Assembly (NCBI GenBank): GCA_032718475.1
Contig: JAUCBJ010006816.1
Span: forward strand, 1-64,000
DNA: 64,000 nucleotides
Source: Nemertoderma westbladi
Lineage: Eukaryota > Animalia > Xenacoelomorpha
Reading direction: 5' to 3'
Position numbers and translations under genes: made by a program
Part shown: positions 13,718 to 26,700 of the stretch, in pieces
Numbering within the stretch: the first letter of the stretch is position 1
Layout of the letters: each line of letters opens with the position of its first letter
Notes under the pieces: generated by a model
What the model saw: the letters and a program-made list of their open reading frames with translations, nothing else
Told to the model about the DNA's origin: nothing
Databases searched by the model: none

Positions 13718-14798
13718 CCCTTTCAGTACCTAACTGGAAATTATTCAAATCCCCAAGTGCCCAAGTCTAATTCATGAATTTCTGAAGTCTGTCTGTCTTT
13801 CTGTCAGTTTGTCTGTCAAGACTTTAGAAATAGTAAAATCTACTAACATTCTCCCTATAGGGGTTTCCTGCTCAAGGATTTCATTTCCGCTGTCAGTTTT
13901 CACTTTTGACCCTATCCAGACTGTCTGTCAGTCTGTCTGTCGGTCTATCTGTCAGTCTGTCCGTCAAAAATATAAGGAATCGCATTAGCTAATTAAAATT
14001 CTCGCTAAGGGGGTTTTCCTGGTCAAGGATTTCATTTCCGAGGTCAGTTTTAACTTTTCACCCCATCCAGTCTGTCTGTCGGTCTGTCTGTCGGTCAGTC
14101 TGTCCGTCAAAAATATAAGGAATTACATTAGCTAATTAAAATTATCGCTATGGGGGTTTTCCTGGTCAAGGATTTCATTTCCGAGGTCAGTTTTAACTTT
14201 TCACCATATCCAGTCTGTCTGTCGGTCTGTCTGTCGGTCAGTCTGTCCGTCAAAAATATAAGGAATTACATTAGCTAATTAAAATTATCGCTATGGGGGT
14301 TTTCCTGGTCAAGGATTTCATTTCCGCTGTCAGTTTTCACTTTTTACCCTATCCAGACAGTCTGTCGGTCTGTCTGTCGACTGTCTGTCAGTCTGTCCGT
14401 CAAAAATATAAGGAATCACGTTAGCTAATTAAAATTATCGCTATGGGGGTTTTCCTGGTCAAGGATGTCATTTCCGCTGCCAGTTTTCACTTTTGACCCT
14501 ATCCAGACCGTCTGTCGGTCTGGTCTGACGGTCAGTCTGTCAAATTTGAAAACTAACAACAGGGTTTACCTTATTGCTGCAGCCTGGCAGTCTGTAAGCA
14601 GGTCTGCAGTAGGCGTACCGTAGTTAAATTACAGTAGATACAAGCTGAAATGCGCCGCTAACATATAGAAAGAAGCATGTACTTAATGGTCCAGCAACAT
14701 TTTCCCTTCTTAGAAATCGAATAAATGTCACGGAACAGACGTATGTGTCAAGGCGCTCTACCCATGGATCAGACGTATGTGCCATGGTACCGAAAGGG
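13718..14798. mobile_element. piggyBac-like non-autonomous element with ~120-128-bp internal tandem repeats
   Basis: TTAA|CCCTTTCAGTACC ... GGTACCGAAAGGG|TGAA (13-bp TIR, one mismatch). About 6 internal repeats. Confidence 0.75.
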
Positions 14799-17241
14799 TG
14801 AATGCTAACAAGCTAACCTTTGTATCAATAAATTAAATAAATAACTAAATAGAAAATAATATTTACAATAAACAAGAAAGTTCTAAGATTTAGTTCTATA
14901 GAATGAACCACATGACACCCCCCCCCCCCCCCCCCCCCCCAAAGTGCAAAAACAGCAGTTTTGTCACAAATTTATATCTAGACCCTCTTCCTCATTAATC
15001 GTGATGACATTTATAAATCTATAAATATTTATAAAAATATCTTGCCATCGTAAATTGGTGGCCTATTTAGTTCTCTAGCATTGTCCACATGACACCACCA
15101 CCACCACCCCAGTAATAATTAGAACCAGTCATTCGATTCATCTGATATTTGGTAGGAGTGGTAAGTCTCGTGCTGCGCGAATACTCCAGCCCGTATGTGC
15201 AAGATAAGGTTGATATCGACTTCGACTAATACCGCTAATTAATATTTTTTTCAGTTAATTTGATTAGGTACTAATCAATTTGGATTGGAATCGGGCCGTT
15301 TTAATCAATGTATATTTATGGCCCTAATGTTGTTAATCTCATTCTTTATGATAGTAAAAATGGCCCCTTCTTCGGGTCATTTTATTTAATAAATCAATTT
15401 TGAAACAAGTGGGCCACTCAAATTCTCAGCTCAGTTTATTTGTAGGATCAAATTGGATTCAAAAGGGCCACTGTATAATGGCCCTAATGTTATTTATCTC
15501 ATTTTCAGTTCGGCCCGTTTCCTTCTCAACTAATTTGATAAATTTCATATGAAGTCAGATCAAATAGGGCCTGTTATGGCCCTTTCTTTCTTCACTATAT
15601 AGTAAGCTCAGTTCGGGCCAATGATATATTATTCCAGACAGTAAGAGGGCCAATTTTGGCAAATTTTGGCCCTTTTGACTTTTTTGGCCCTAATTCCATT
15701 TTATACATTTTGGTAAGTGGCCCGAAAATTGTGTTTTCATTTAGTAATAAAATGAAGGTGCATAACTTTTTAGAGGAAGGATATACACAAAGGGCCATAG
15801 TTAATAAGGTAGTTCCGTGCCCAGGTCACCGGGGTAAACAAATGTGGTGGGGGAGTTGCGAAGTAGCAGTAGGCCTATCTGTCTGTCAGGCAATTAATAA
15901 TAAATACAACCTATTGCTTATGTGGTAACCATGATGGCGTGCGTGACTTTACAGTTACGCCGTCGGGACATTACATAAATAATAATACACCAATAGAATA
16001 CTAAATGTACAGATCAATACAATACTGTAATGTCCTCTAAAGTTGTAAAGTGCTAAATAACAACTCGCTGTTAATACTAACGGCGTTGAGTAATGTTACA
16101 ATTTTGGACTAAAATAAATAAACAATTTTCTAGAATATCTTGATGTTATGGATTGTATCCATAAGAACATTTAATATAAACCAGAACAAAATATACGATA
16201 TTCTAGAAGATTTTGTTGACATAAATACTATTAAATATAATAATAGGACGTTTGTGGCAAATCTTTGAAAAAATACCATCCTTCACCCTATTAAACCCGG
16301 GGTAGATCAATATGATACCCCCCCCCCCCCCCCCCCCCCCCCCCCGTGGTATTTTGTTAGAAATTTAAACAAACGCAATTGGGAATCTGAAATTTTATGA
16401 CATTTCCAACAAATGTATTGTCTTTCTAAAAGTGACAAACGGATTTACGGATGACTTGTCTTTACCGTTCCTGAGGACAATTTTTTTAAATTGCTAATTA
16501 TTTACACAAAATACTCAATGATACAAGGTGGGCAACAGTCGTATTATTAAATCACAATAAAATTCCCTATCAAAATCACCCCAAACATTTACTACATACT
16601 CCCAGGTAAGGTTCACTGAAAAAAACGGCAAATATCTGCCGGACTCATAGCACAACAACAAAAACTCTAGGATACCATAAAATTGAAATTTCTCAGAAGT
16701 TTAAATGGTTGTTTTAGAGCAATAAACCCCGGTAATAGGTGTTATCATGGTCAAAAACATTGGTCAAAAGTGGGAACACATATCTCAGTAATACGTCTGT
16801 CAATGTGGAAAAACATTGTTAATGATGAAACCCGATCCCCTTCAGAGCTCATCAACAAAGTAAAATATGGTCGGACCAAGATCATCGCATATATACATAT
16901 ATACGATGGCCTTGGTTGAACTGGTTCAAAAGAGGCATCGTTTTATATTATTATTCATAATAACAAATATACAGCAAAATAATAATTAAAATATGTACAA
17001 AAGTTATTATATTTATTGAACGTACAGATCACTTAGATCTGTTATGTTACCTGTAGATCACTTTAATACAATCAATTGTTTGCAGTAAGTCAACAAATAT
17101 GTCTAAAAATTAAATATATTTACGTTAGTTGCGTTCCACAGATACTTTGTGAAGAATTATTCCATCAAATGTTCATACAAGAATACTGGACAGAATTCAT
17201 ACAAGTTTACTGAATTAACAGATCAACTTTTCTTGGATTCT

Positions 17242-19186
17242 CTAAGCAGCCGAATTCGTTCCGAAACGTTGTTGGTGATAACGAATCGAGTAAATAATAT
17301 CCGATGAGAAATAAATGGCGAGTAGATGGATAAACGATATGACGACCAAACCTGAACACAAAGCGACGAGATTCGTTCGGAACCAACGAGCCAAGGCAGT
17401 GAAGCACCCCTGTTGGAAGATGAAATCGGCACCGGTAGTGACACCAAGTTTACGATTCTCAGGCAGTCGGGATTCGCGACCACATTGGGTGTTTATCGCT
17501 TTCTTCACATCCTCATCCTCGCCTTCTTGGGCTAGTGCTAGTCGAGTCGACTCGCAACAGGAGAACGGAACTCCGCACCGTTCCGGATTGCCGTGCTCTT
17601 CCCCGTCGCAGTTGAAGTAAACGTTGGAATCCCAATCGTCCATGCTATCAACGCCGCAACACTCGAAACTTTCCTGAGGAAGAATCGTTTAAACTACCGA
17701 GACGTACAAAAAATGGGTCGTCGCAAATTATGTAACGTTATAAAATTGCCAATTTTGAAAACAAACAAAAAAACGTAAAAACACCTTAATACCAACTAGT
17801 TGACAGTACAGTAGTCGGCATTTAAAACATATTTTACTGTAGTAAGGGTAGGGGTTGGATGTTTACGATGCTCCAAAACTAAACTGTTATTAGCCAATAT
17901 TTCAACTCAAACATGTATTATCAAATATAAGAAGGTTAATTGAAGAGTTATCAAAAAGGAAAGACAGGCATCTAGCTGTTATCTTTGTTGAATTCTTCAA
18001 GGCCTTTGATTCAGTCTCTCGCACACGTATGTTCAGCATACTTTTATTATAAAGGCCATGATACACCACAGGAGCGGCGGGCGGCCGCAGCGAGCGGCCG
18101 ATGTGAGCGCCGACTTTTAGTATGATACACTATAGGAGCGGCGAGCGGCAGCAGCCATTTGTGGTGTATCATCCCCCATAGAAAATAATGTGCAGCCGAA
18201 TCCCCCTCTGTGAACTTTGGGCTACAATTATTATTTTCAAACTTTCATCAAGTTTGTAATTAAACACAGACAAAAAAATTTAATCGCGCCGTTGTTGAAA
18301 TATAGACTTCAAACATTATTGAGACCGAAGGGACAATACCCATTTGAGTTGTAATGCACTGTCTTATATTAATAATAACAGGTAGATTAATAAAAAATTA
18401 GAAAATATATTACAATGCATATTTACTTTCATTTTGACGGCCTAGGTAGTTTAAATGATTCCGTACAATACTGTGGCCTATCTGTGATGACCCATATACT
18501 AATTCTTAAAAGTTAATATCAATATTACTTGGTAATAATATGACAAATATAAAATATTTTATTCAAAAATTAAAACAGTAGTAATGAGTACTCCAGCCAG
18601 TAGACACTAGACAGACAGGCCACAGTAAGTAGAGCCCTCTAGAGGACTGTACCTGCGTCCAATCAATAATGTTCTGTAAGTTTTCGTTGTCTCTGTATTT
18701 CTCGACTGCAGTAAGAAGGGCTTTCTTCAAAGCATCACGCACTTTGTACCGAAAGGCCAAACCCAGAACACCGCACATAAACAATGTGAAGAGAGTGCAC
18801 GAGATAAGAACGCTGTAGACTTTAAGTATAACGATGTTCTCACGCAGAGCACCAATGCACCCGGTAAAACTTATAACGCAACTCAAAAATCCCACAACTA
18901 TGAAATATATGGAAGGTTGAAAAAACGCATCGAAGCTTTTAGTAACTAACTCTTTCCCTTCCGGCCTTTGCTGATGCGCCCAGATTCCCGCGAAAAGAAA
19001 ACAGGCACCAAGCAGCCAAAATATCAAGTTCATAGTGATTAAGGCGTATCTTTGGAACTTGGACCGGTTTTGGAAGGAGTCGGAGTACTTCCGTTTCGGT
19101 GGTTTCGGGCTCTGAGGTGGTCGGTTCATTGTTGTTCGCGAATCGCTTGAATTCAATGTGTCAACACGTATAGAACGAACAGGCAT
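17242..19186 (-). CDS. Tetraspanin, TspanC8 subfamily (TSPAN5/14/17-like); exons 19186-18653 and 17673-17242; ~321 aa
   Basis: Three N-terminal TM helices with GCIGALREN. A phase-0 GT-AG intron joins NIIDWTQ to ESFECCGV. The large loop has 8 Cys (CCG, YFNC, ERCGVPFSCC, NTQCG, GC), followed by TM4. The start could be the downstream MNRPP. Confidence 0.9.
17930..18045 (+). mobile_element. Tiny LINE reverse-transcriptase remnant in the tetraspanin intron
   Basis: Reads AVIFVEFFKAFDSVSRTRMFSIL, matching the RT motif FVDFxKAFDS. Confidence 0.5.
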
Positions 19187-20295
19187 AAGGTCCTAGTTGC
19201 CTGGGTATGATTTCGATATATAATCCAATAATATCTCGAGATAATAAACAGCTATTTTTGGATATTATATAGGATAATATCACACACTATACTAGTCAGT
19301 TTTTGATATAAAATAATGTCCTACATCATGTTTGCTTATTTTTCCCGAACAATCCAGTTTCATTTGCACCGTTTTGCACTAATTACACAATCTCCTTAAT
19401 ACAACAACCATTTTCAGTAAGTCGGAGCCCCCCAACCTCCCTAATATTTTTCAAATTTCAATCATATGCTACGAAATTTGGTATGATGAAAGTTCGACAA
19501 CTTTTCTTACTGCTGACAGAGCCGGATTTTTTAATTTCGGGAACAGTTCCGCTCGTGTCAACATTTTCGTTGTTTTTTTTCAACAAATTTTCAAGAGTAT
19601 ATTGAGTGTTCTAGAACTTTGAAAAAAAGTTATAAAACATTTTAATTATGAAGTTTCGAGAAAATAATCTCTTTAAAAAGGAAATTATTAAAAAAAAATT
19701 TAAATTTTATTATTTGTTATGCTATTTTGCCTGTTTTTTTTCTATTGATAAGAGTTCTAGAATATTTATTAAATGTTCTAGAACATGTACCAAATTAAAA
19801 AAGAAATATACGATGAACGTTCCAGTTGCGACAAATGTAACATAAAAATGTTGACTAGTTAACATAAAAATCACAGCTTTCTGAAAAAATATAACACCAG
19901 ATTATGTAATAAAGCTCTAGCTAGCACGGAATTATTGATACAAAAATAATAATACGGAACAACGTAATACGGTAATACAAAGTAATACGGAACCGTTAAC
20001 ATAATTTGTTGAAAATTTGAGAAATTACAAAAATATATATTAGTTCTAGAACATATTGTATTTTAAATTAATAGCTAACATGACATAGTACAATTCTAAA
20101 CGGTAGCAACAATTATCAGCTTGTATAAAAAAATGGCGGCTGGCACCTTAAAGAAAAAAATGCCGATAATAATTACTGTACTAATTACTTAACGACTTCG
20201 TAATGTTAAAAAAAGGTTTAATTTTAAAAACGTTATCTCAAAACTTTCTCAATCAAAAATGTGTTTCACTGTGAGTTATATGTAGTGTACAGAAT

Positions 20296-20785
20296 ACAGA
20301 TACACTACACCACCAGTAGTGTACAGATACACTACACCACCAGTAGTGTACAGATACACTACACCACCAGTAGTGTACAGATACACTACACCACCAGTAG
20401 TGTACAGATACACTACACCACCAGTAGTGTACAGATACACTACACCACCAGTAGTGTACAGATACACTACACCACCAGTAGTGTACAGATACACTACACC
20501 ACCAGTAGTGTACAGATACACTACACCACCAGTAGTGTACAGATACACTACACCACCAGTAGTGTACAGATACACTACACCACCAGTAGTGTACAGATAC
20601 ACTACACCACCAGTAGTGTACAGATACACTACACCACCAGTAGTGTACAGATACACTACACCACCAGTAGTGTACAGATACACTACACCACCAGTAGTGT
20701 ACAGATACACTACACCACCAGTAGTGTACAGATACACTACACCACCAGTAGTGTACAGATACACTACACCACCAGTAGTGTACAG
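20296..20785. repeat. 27-bp minisatellite (TACAGATACACTACACCACCAGTAGTG), ~18 perfect copies
   Basis: Read directly. The ORF track shows 9-aa periodic ORFs in several frames. Confidence 0.97.
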
Positions 20786-20864
20786 CAAAATAACATTTTT
20801 TTGTAATTCTTAAAATATGTTTAATAACTATGGTTTTTATTCTAGAACATTTTAATACATCATT

Positions 20865-21135
20865 TAGTACAATCATGTCTGATGAATGGTCTGCTTATTG
20901 CGGCCAAGAGTCGGAATTACCAACAAGCGAGACCCATGGAAATGCCACGATGGGAGTGGTAATTACAAACATTTGTTGGTAAACCACAGTAAAAAAGGAA
21001 AAAGGCGCTTTGTTAACAAAGATTGAGGGGCAAACACCCAAAGAATTGAGTGCATCTGGGCGCATACAAAGTTAAATATAATGCGAACAAAGAAAGGCAC
21101 AACTGAAAAGCTACTGAAGTTCCGATGGAGGGGTC
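20865..21135 (+). pseudogene. Merlin (ISXO2/IS1016-like DDE) transposase remnant
   Basis: Translates, with disruptions, as STIMSDEWSAY ... VNHS ... FVNKD*GANTQRIECIWAHTK. These match the SDxWxAY, VNHS and GxxTQxIExxW motifs of ISXO2-like transposases. Confidence 0.7.
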
Positions 21136-21589
21136 TTAATAAACATAATCCATTTCATGGATTAATTAATACAACTAATCAAGAACAATTACTAGACTTA
21201 ATTAACTTATTTTAATTTATGCTAATATTGTAATATGAAATCATAATAATAATATAAAATTCTGTACGAATAAATACGAGTAACCAAAAACTGATGGCAG
21301 TTTAGAATTAAATGCCAGTAAACAAGGTACCGGTACTAGTATAACGTAGTATATAATAGTATGTGTAAACAATTCACTATTCCAGAAAATTGTTATAATA
21401 TTGTCATGGAGACAATGAGACTGTATTATTTAGTACGCCATAATTTACCGCACCGGCCCACATGTGAAGAATACCAGAGTGTTACGCACCATGGTAAATA
21501 TGGACTTTTACTTTAACTGGTACTTTTAATTGGTAATTTATAATAATTTTTTTTTAACATATTTAGTATATTTAATCAATTATTATTTG

Positions 21590-22370
21590 AGAAGTAATGT
21601 TCAAGATATTTTACTCTCAACTCTGAGTAAGCAATGAAACTCATCTTCTATACTATTGTTATTATTATTGCAATTTGACAAAATCGGTTAGAGCGTTCTA
21701 CATTGTACCAACGACCACGCTCAACTTCTAACTGATGAGATGAACACCGAATCTGTGAGATGCGTTTGCGCAGTATTATGTGATTACGGAATGTATCAAG
21801 GTACGGTATTGCACCAAAATGTGAAACAAAATAAAGGTTACCCTTCGAGCTATTACCAATTTCACTCCACCACAATTGTTTGTATTGGTCCTGTAGCGGC
21901 AATTTGATTTTCGAAATAAAATGTCTTGCCGGCACATCAACTGATTGCTGATCCCAAACATAGTTGTAACCAGTGGTGTATAAAATATCACGAATATTTG
22001 ACACCCAATTTTTAACTAGATTGTTGATTGACAGGTCATTGTACAAAACAGTGTATGCAACTTTCGGTAATCTATCGCTATTCATATTCAGTACCTTTTA
22101 CCATTCTTAATTTTCTGTCAATAGATAATGGAAACGAACCGGTCTCGCCGTAAACTGCAAAATTTGGAGTAGACATTTTTACACCAAGAAAATTTTTCAA
22201 AAACTTTAGTTGAGTGCGTTCCACTTCTACTGCAGTGTGGTGTCCCCACACTTCAGCAGCGTACATTAGAATGGGTTTAATTAAAGTATCAAATAAAAAA
22301 CGACACGTAGAATAAGGAAGGTTGGGAAAATAACGACGCAGTGAGAAGAAGGCTTTGCTTGCCTTGTCGG
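21590..22370 (-). mobile_element. LINE ORF2 C-terminal fragment (degenerate)
   Basis: YAAEVWG...ERTQLKFLK..LGV..STPNFAVYGETG..PL and RCSSHQLEVERGRW...RFC, typical of the non-LTR post-RT region. Frameshifted. Confidence 0.75.
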
Positions 22371-22453
22371 CTAGTAGTGACTGGGCAGCATTAATAATAA
22401 TTGGTAATTTAATATAACTGGTACTTTTACTTTAAGCTTGATTTCCAAAACTG

Positions 22454-22622
22454 GCCCATGTGAAGAATACCAGACCAGGTTTTCACTAAAAACACAGGTT
22501 ATAGAAAGGCTGAATCTACCCAAAACAATAAACGAATTAGTATGTACAGTACAGGTTATAAGACATAAAATTCCAATAAAAAGTCGACCGAAAAGTGAAA
22601 TCCTGGTATTCTTCACATGGGC
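22454..22622. mobile_element. Small MITE with 20-bp perfect TIRs
   Basis: GCCCATGTGAAGAATACCAG (22454-22473) and CTGGTATTCTTCACATGGGC (22603-22622). A related end occurs near 21455-21480. Confidence 0.65.
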
Positions 22623-22638
22623 GACCTTACCAACTCAC

Positions 22639-23689
22639 CTCTCTCAGACCCACTAGCGACTTCATTCCTCAGTAAATCCCCGCTAGAGATGTGATTGAAT
22701 CCGAACTTTTCAGCCAACCTCTCACACTGGGTGCCTTTGCCTGACCCGGGACCTCCAACTATGAATATGACCTTGGTAGACCACAGACTCGACTGGCTGA
22801 CACCCTGCGATTCGCCAATAAAAAATATCTAGGTTAGGTAATTAATTGGAAGATTTATTTAAAATTCCCACCACATCCCAATAACTATAGCATTAATTGC
22901 CGTAATGTCTGTTGTTGTAAAAATAAAAAATGTCACTAACCTGGGAATCATTGTCAAGTTTGCCATCGTATTTACCTAAAAATAAACAGATATATATTAA
23001 ATTATATATATTATCCATATTATTCCATATTATGGAATAATCAAACACTCAAAGTTAAATTATCAATCAGGGGAAAGGAGCAGGTTACAGTAGCATTATA
23101 TTCTAACCAAAACAATAAAGTAAAGTTAATAGAACCGGTTACAATAATAATTTTGGGAATAATCAGCTGTTATTTGCGACGATTTTCCCCAGGAGAGGGG
23201 TGAATTTTGATTGCGCCGAAAGTTCTCTTCCACCCTACCTGACCAATGACGCACACGAAATCGGTAACAGTAAAAATCAGCCATGTGACAATCGGGCTGA
23301 TTAGCGTTTATCAAAATGAATTTTCAATAGAATCAACTCGATGGGATATTCGCAAAATTTCATACAGACAAACTTTAGTACAATGACTATTAAATAGACT
23401 GAATTCTTTATATAATGAACAATTTAGTTTCCAGAGCAACTGATTGTTTATAATAGAGCACTTTATAGCGTTACGGCACGAGTGATGTTGGGCATGAGAG
23501 ACTGCGAGGTATATAAAAAAACTAAGGCCGTAAAAGTTTTATTTATTGGCGGGGAATTATTTGAAATTATTATGATTGTATACAAAGCAACGGGGACAAT
23601 TTGCATAGCTACGGCTGCCACGTATAACGTAGCGCTTTGAAATTACATCTGATCGGATTATTAGATGTAACTAGTTAGTTAACTGATGG

Positions 23690-23722
<33 letters not shown>

Positions 23723-26700
23723 GAAAAACGAAAAAAAAGAAGAAAATGACTTCAAAGTTAGCAACCTCGACAAAGTCCATAGCAACGGCCCTTTCGATGG
23801 TTACTGCACGTTGCAATCGAAGTTTAGACCCACTACGAGTGTGCAACAATGTGCACATATTTCATTTAGAGTTTTTCATAGCAACACGTCAAATTTGCAT
23901 GGTAACGGGGTTCAAATCGGGCAACATTCAACCATCGCCTTCCATCATTGTCTACTATAAATACTAACTGTGTGCTGCACAGCAGCCGACTAAAAATAGT
24001 TGGCCGTTATTACTTGTAAAGCGGTGGTTATTATTAGGCCTATAACTACTGGCAATCAAATCTAAATACTGCTTAGCAAGATCTCTGCTATTTCTCGAGG
24101 TGTGACTGTCAGTCGTTCTGTCTTCTGTCAAAACATAGAAATTAAATAAATTGGAGATGAGCTGTTGCAACTGTAATTAATGATGAAATGTAAATGGTTT
24201 TGTTCAGAAGTGGAAAAAATTAGAACCGGGGGTTGAACCAGCGCTATACGTACGTTTCGGCCTACCAGGCCTCATCAGTAGCGCTAACCAGCTCAGCCAC
24301 TAATTAATATCATTAATTAGTGTAAATAATTTGATTGTGTAGTGTAGTGGCAGCAATACTCGAGCTGAATATTTATTTATTTATTTGTACTTCCCTCCTG
24401 TTTCACTCTAACATACTTGAGGCCGGTAGGTCCGCTGTTAGAGATAGAATATATACAACTTAAGACTGCCTGTTCGCGCTTTCAGACCTTTAGCAGTTTA
24501 ACCTGCCAAATTTAGGTGTCTTCTAGATTATAAATCGACTTTAGCCTATGACGAGTATTTGATACACTACATTAGCCGAAGCCAGTCTATGCGCGACCAT
24601 TCACCCGCTGGATATACCCGGGAGACTGGATTCGCAAGCTCTGACCTTATTGCGGTGTAGGCCTACTGTATTATTCGACTGATCGTTAATATATAATCTC
24701 TGACAAATATTATTCACTTTCGGGAAATATTAACAGTTCCTTTAGGACGTGGCGCTCTAAATATGTAAACAGAGTTATGACTTACACTAGACACAACGGG
24801 ATGGCTATTGATTCACGTATAAAGCGCATTCTTTAGGAGATGCTTTGTTATCTGTCACAATCATGCACACTACCGCACAATGCTGCACACCGATCTGCCG
24901 ACCTTCACTAATTTTAGTCACATATAAAGAGAACAGCAACCGACACATGTAGTGCCTATGAAATAGCATTAGATTCACTCCAAAACCAATATAATGTAAG
25001 TCGCAATTGCTATATGTAACCTGTCTCTTACCTTCAGTATATCAAGAAGATTGGGGGTTTTATGATTATTTATTGATATTATCCAAATATAATAATATTC
25101 CATCAACTGATATAATTAATAACCGACAGTAAATAGCAGTAAAAAGGCGGTGTTTGTAGGTGACAATATGTTTTGTAACAATATGAATTGCGTTGAGATA
25201 TGATTAGATAACAGTTATACGTTTCTATGATCAAGCCTACTAATGTTTGGCTAAAGCCTGAAACACAGAAATTCCAAAGCCGGTGTTCTGGCATCAGGAA
25301 AAATACACACACTGACTGAATTGCGTGAGTTTCTGTATACAATCTCCAACACAGAGTGAAAACCGCTCTGATTGGTCGACCGAACAAAGAACGAACAAAG
25401 AACAAAGAAAAAGTTACACGTGGACACAGCTGATAGATGTCGTCATCTGAGTTCCGATGTTTAGAGTATTTGGCTTATTTCGACATAAAATCGCTAGTTA
25501 TGTCCGCTAAAGTACACATACAGAAGAAATGGCTTTTTATGTCCACTAAAACACCGGTACAGTAAGGAAACGGCTTTTTATGTCCGTTAAAACAACTACA
25601 GAGTACTTTGCGGGGAAAATAACCAGCTAATTCCGCAAAAGCCTTTACACCGCTCCCAGAAAATGGGATTTAATTCTACAAAATATAAAAATCACAGTTT
25701 CTAAAATATAAAAATACTCTAAACAGTTAGTCTTTCTTACGCGGACGGCGTTTACGCAGTTTTTTGAGGCTAGCAAGAGTCCTTTTCTCTTTGGGGCGAG
25801 CCACTTTAATAGGAGGGCTATAACTCCTGGGTGAAGGGTGCAATACAATTGCATCGGAAGGTTTAGGATTACGGTCGGTGTATCCGCCGGTCGAGGTACC
25901 TGGTTGATCGATATCAACCTCAGTGGAACGAGGTCGAACAACCTTGAGAGCGCTTTTTAAGACAGCAGCTCTTACTGGTCCCTGACGGGTCGTTTGCACG
26001 AAAGCGGTAGGTGGACCGTGTGTAGTGAGAAATTTCCTCGGTTTGATGATTCTTTTCAACTCGCGTTCTCGGGCTCTATAGGAATCGATATGCTTCTCCT
26101 CGAGCTGATTTTCCTCCGCTTGTCGTTGAAAGCATTCGTCTAAAACTATTTTAGAAAGTAGGGTCACCCAAGTTCGATATCTTCTTAGATTCTGGATTTC
26201 CTGATCGAACTGAGATAAAGCTAATTCGTTTACCGCTTGGACTTGCTGCGGCAATTTACGTTTCTCTAAACAATTGTAGGTTCCTTTTCTGATCTTTTGA
26301 CGAATAGTGCCCAACGCGTTTCGTACAACTCTCTCCTCCACCTCGGTGACAGGTTGTATCGGGTTAAACAGGGACGATGATACGGTTGAATGACGATATT
26401 AGATGTCCGTGTCCCAATCCGGCTAGGTAAGATGGGCGAATATTTAGGGAGCCCACAACCGGAGTGCCACCGACTAACTGTTTGGGTAACACTAGATCTT
26501 TGAACAGTGAGTACAGTTCGGGAGGATCCGTGATACTATTAGGATCAAGAGTCTGAGGTCTAACTAGGGAATGAGGAGGTCTGACCGAGTATTCCGGAAC
26601 TCTGATCATAGGTTTATTTAAGGATCGTTTGAGTCGAGCGAGCGTCGGTGATACATCGAACAAGTTTCACTCGAAACTCCCGTAAATATAACGAGTAAAA

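Noticed and set aside
20253-20876. Periodic ORFs and a CRISPR-like look of the 27-bp array
   Set aside because: Pure tandem repeat with no spacers and no cas genes; the ORFs are by-products of a stop-free unit.
23964-24130. Possible additional AK5 linker exon
   Set aside because: A plausible acceptor, but no clear donor or homology.
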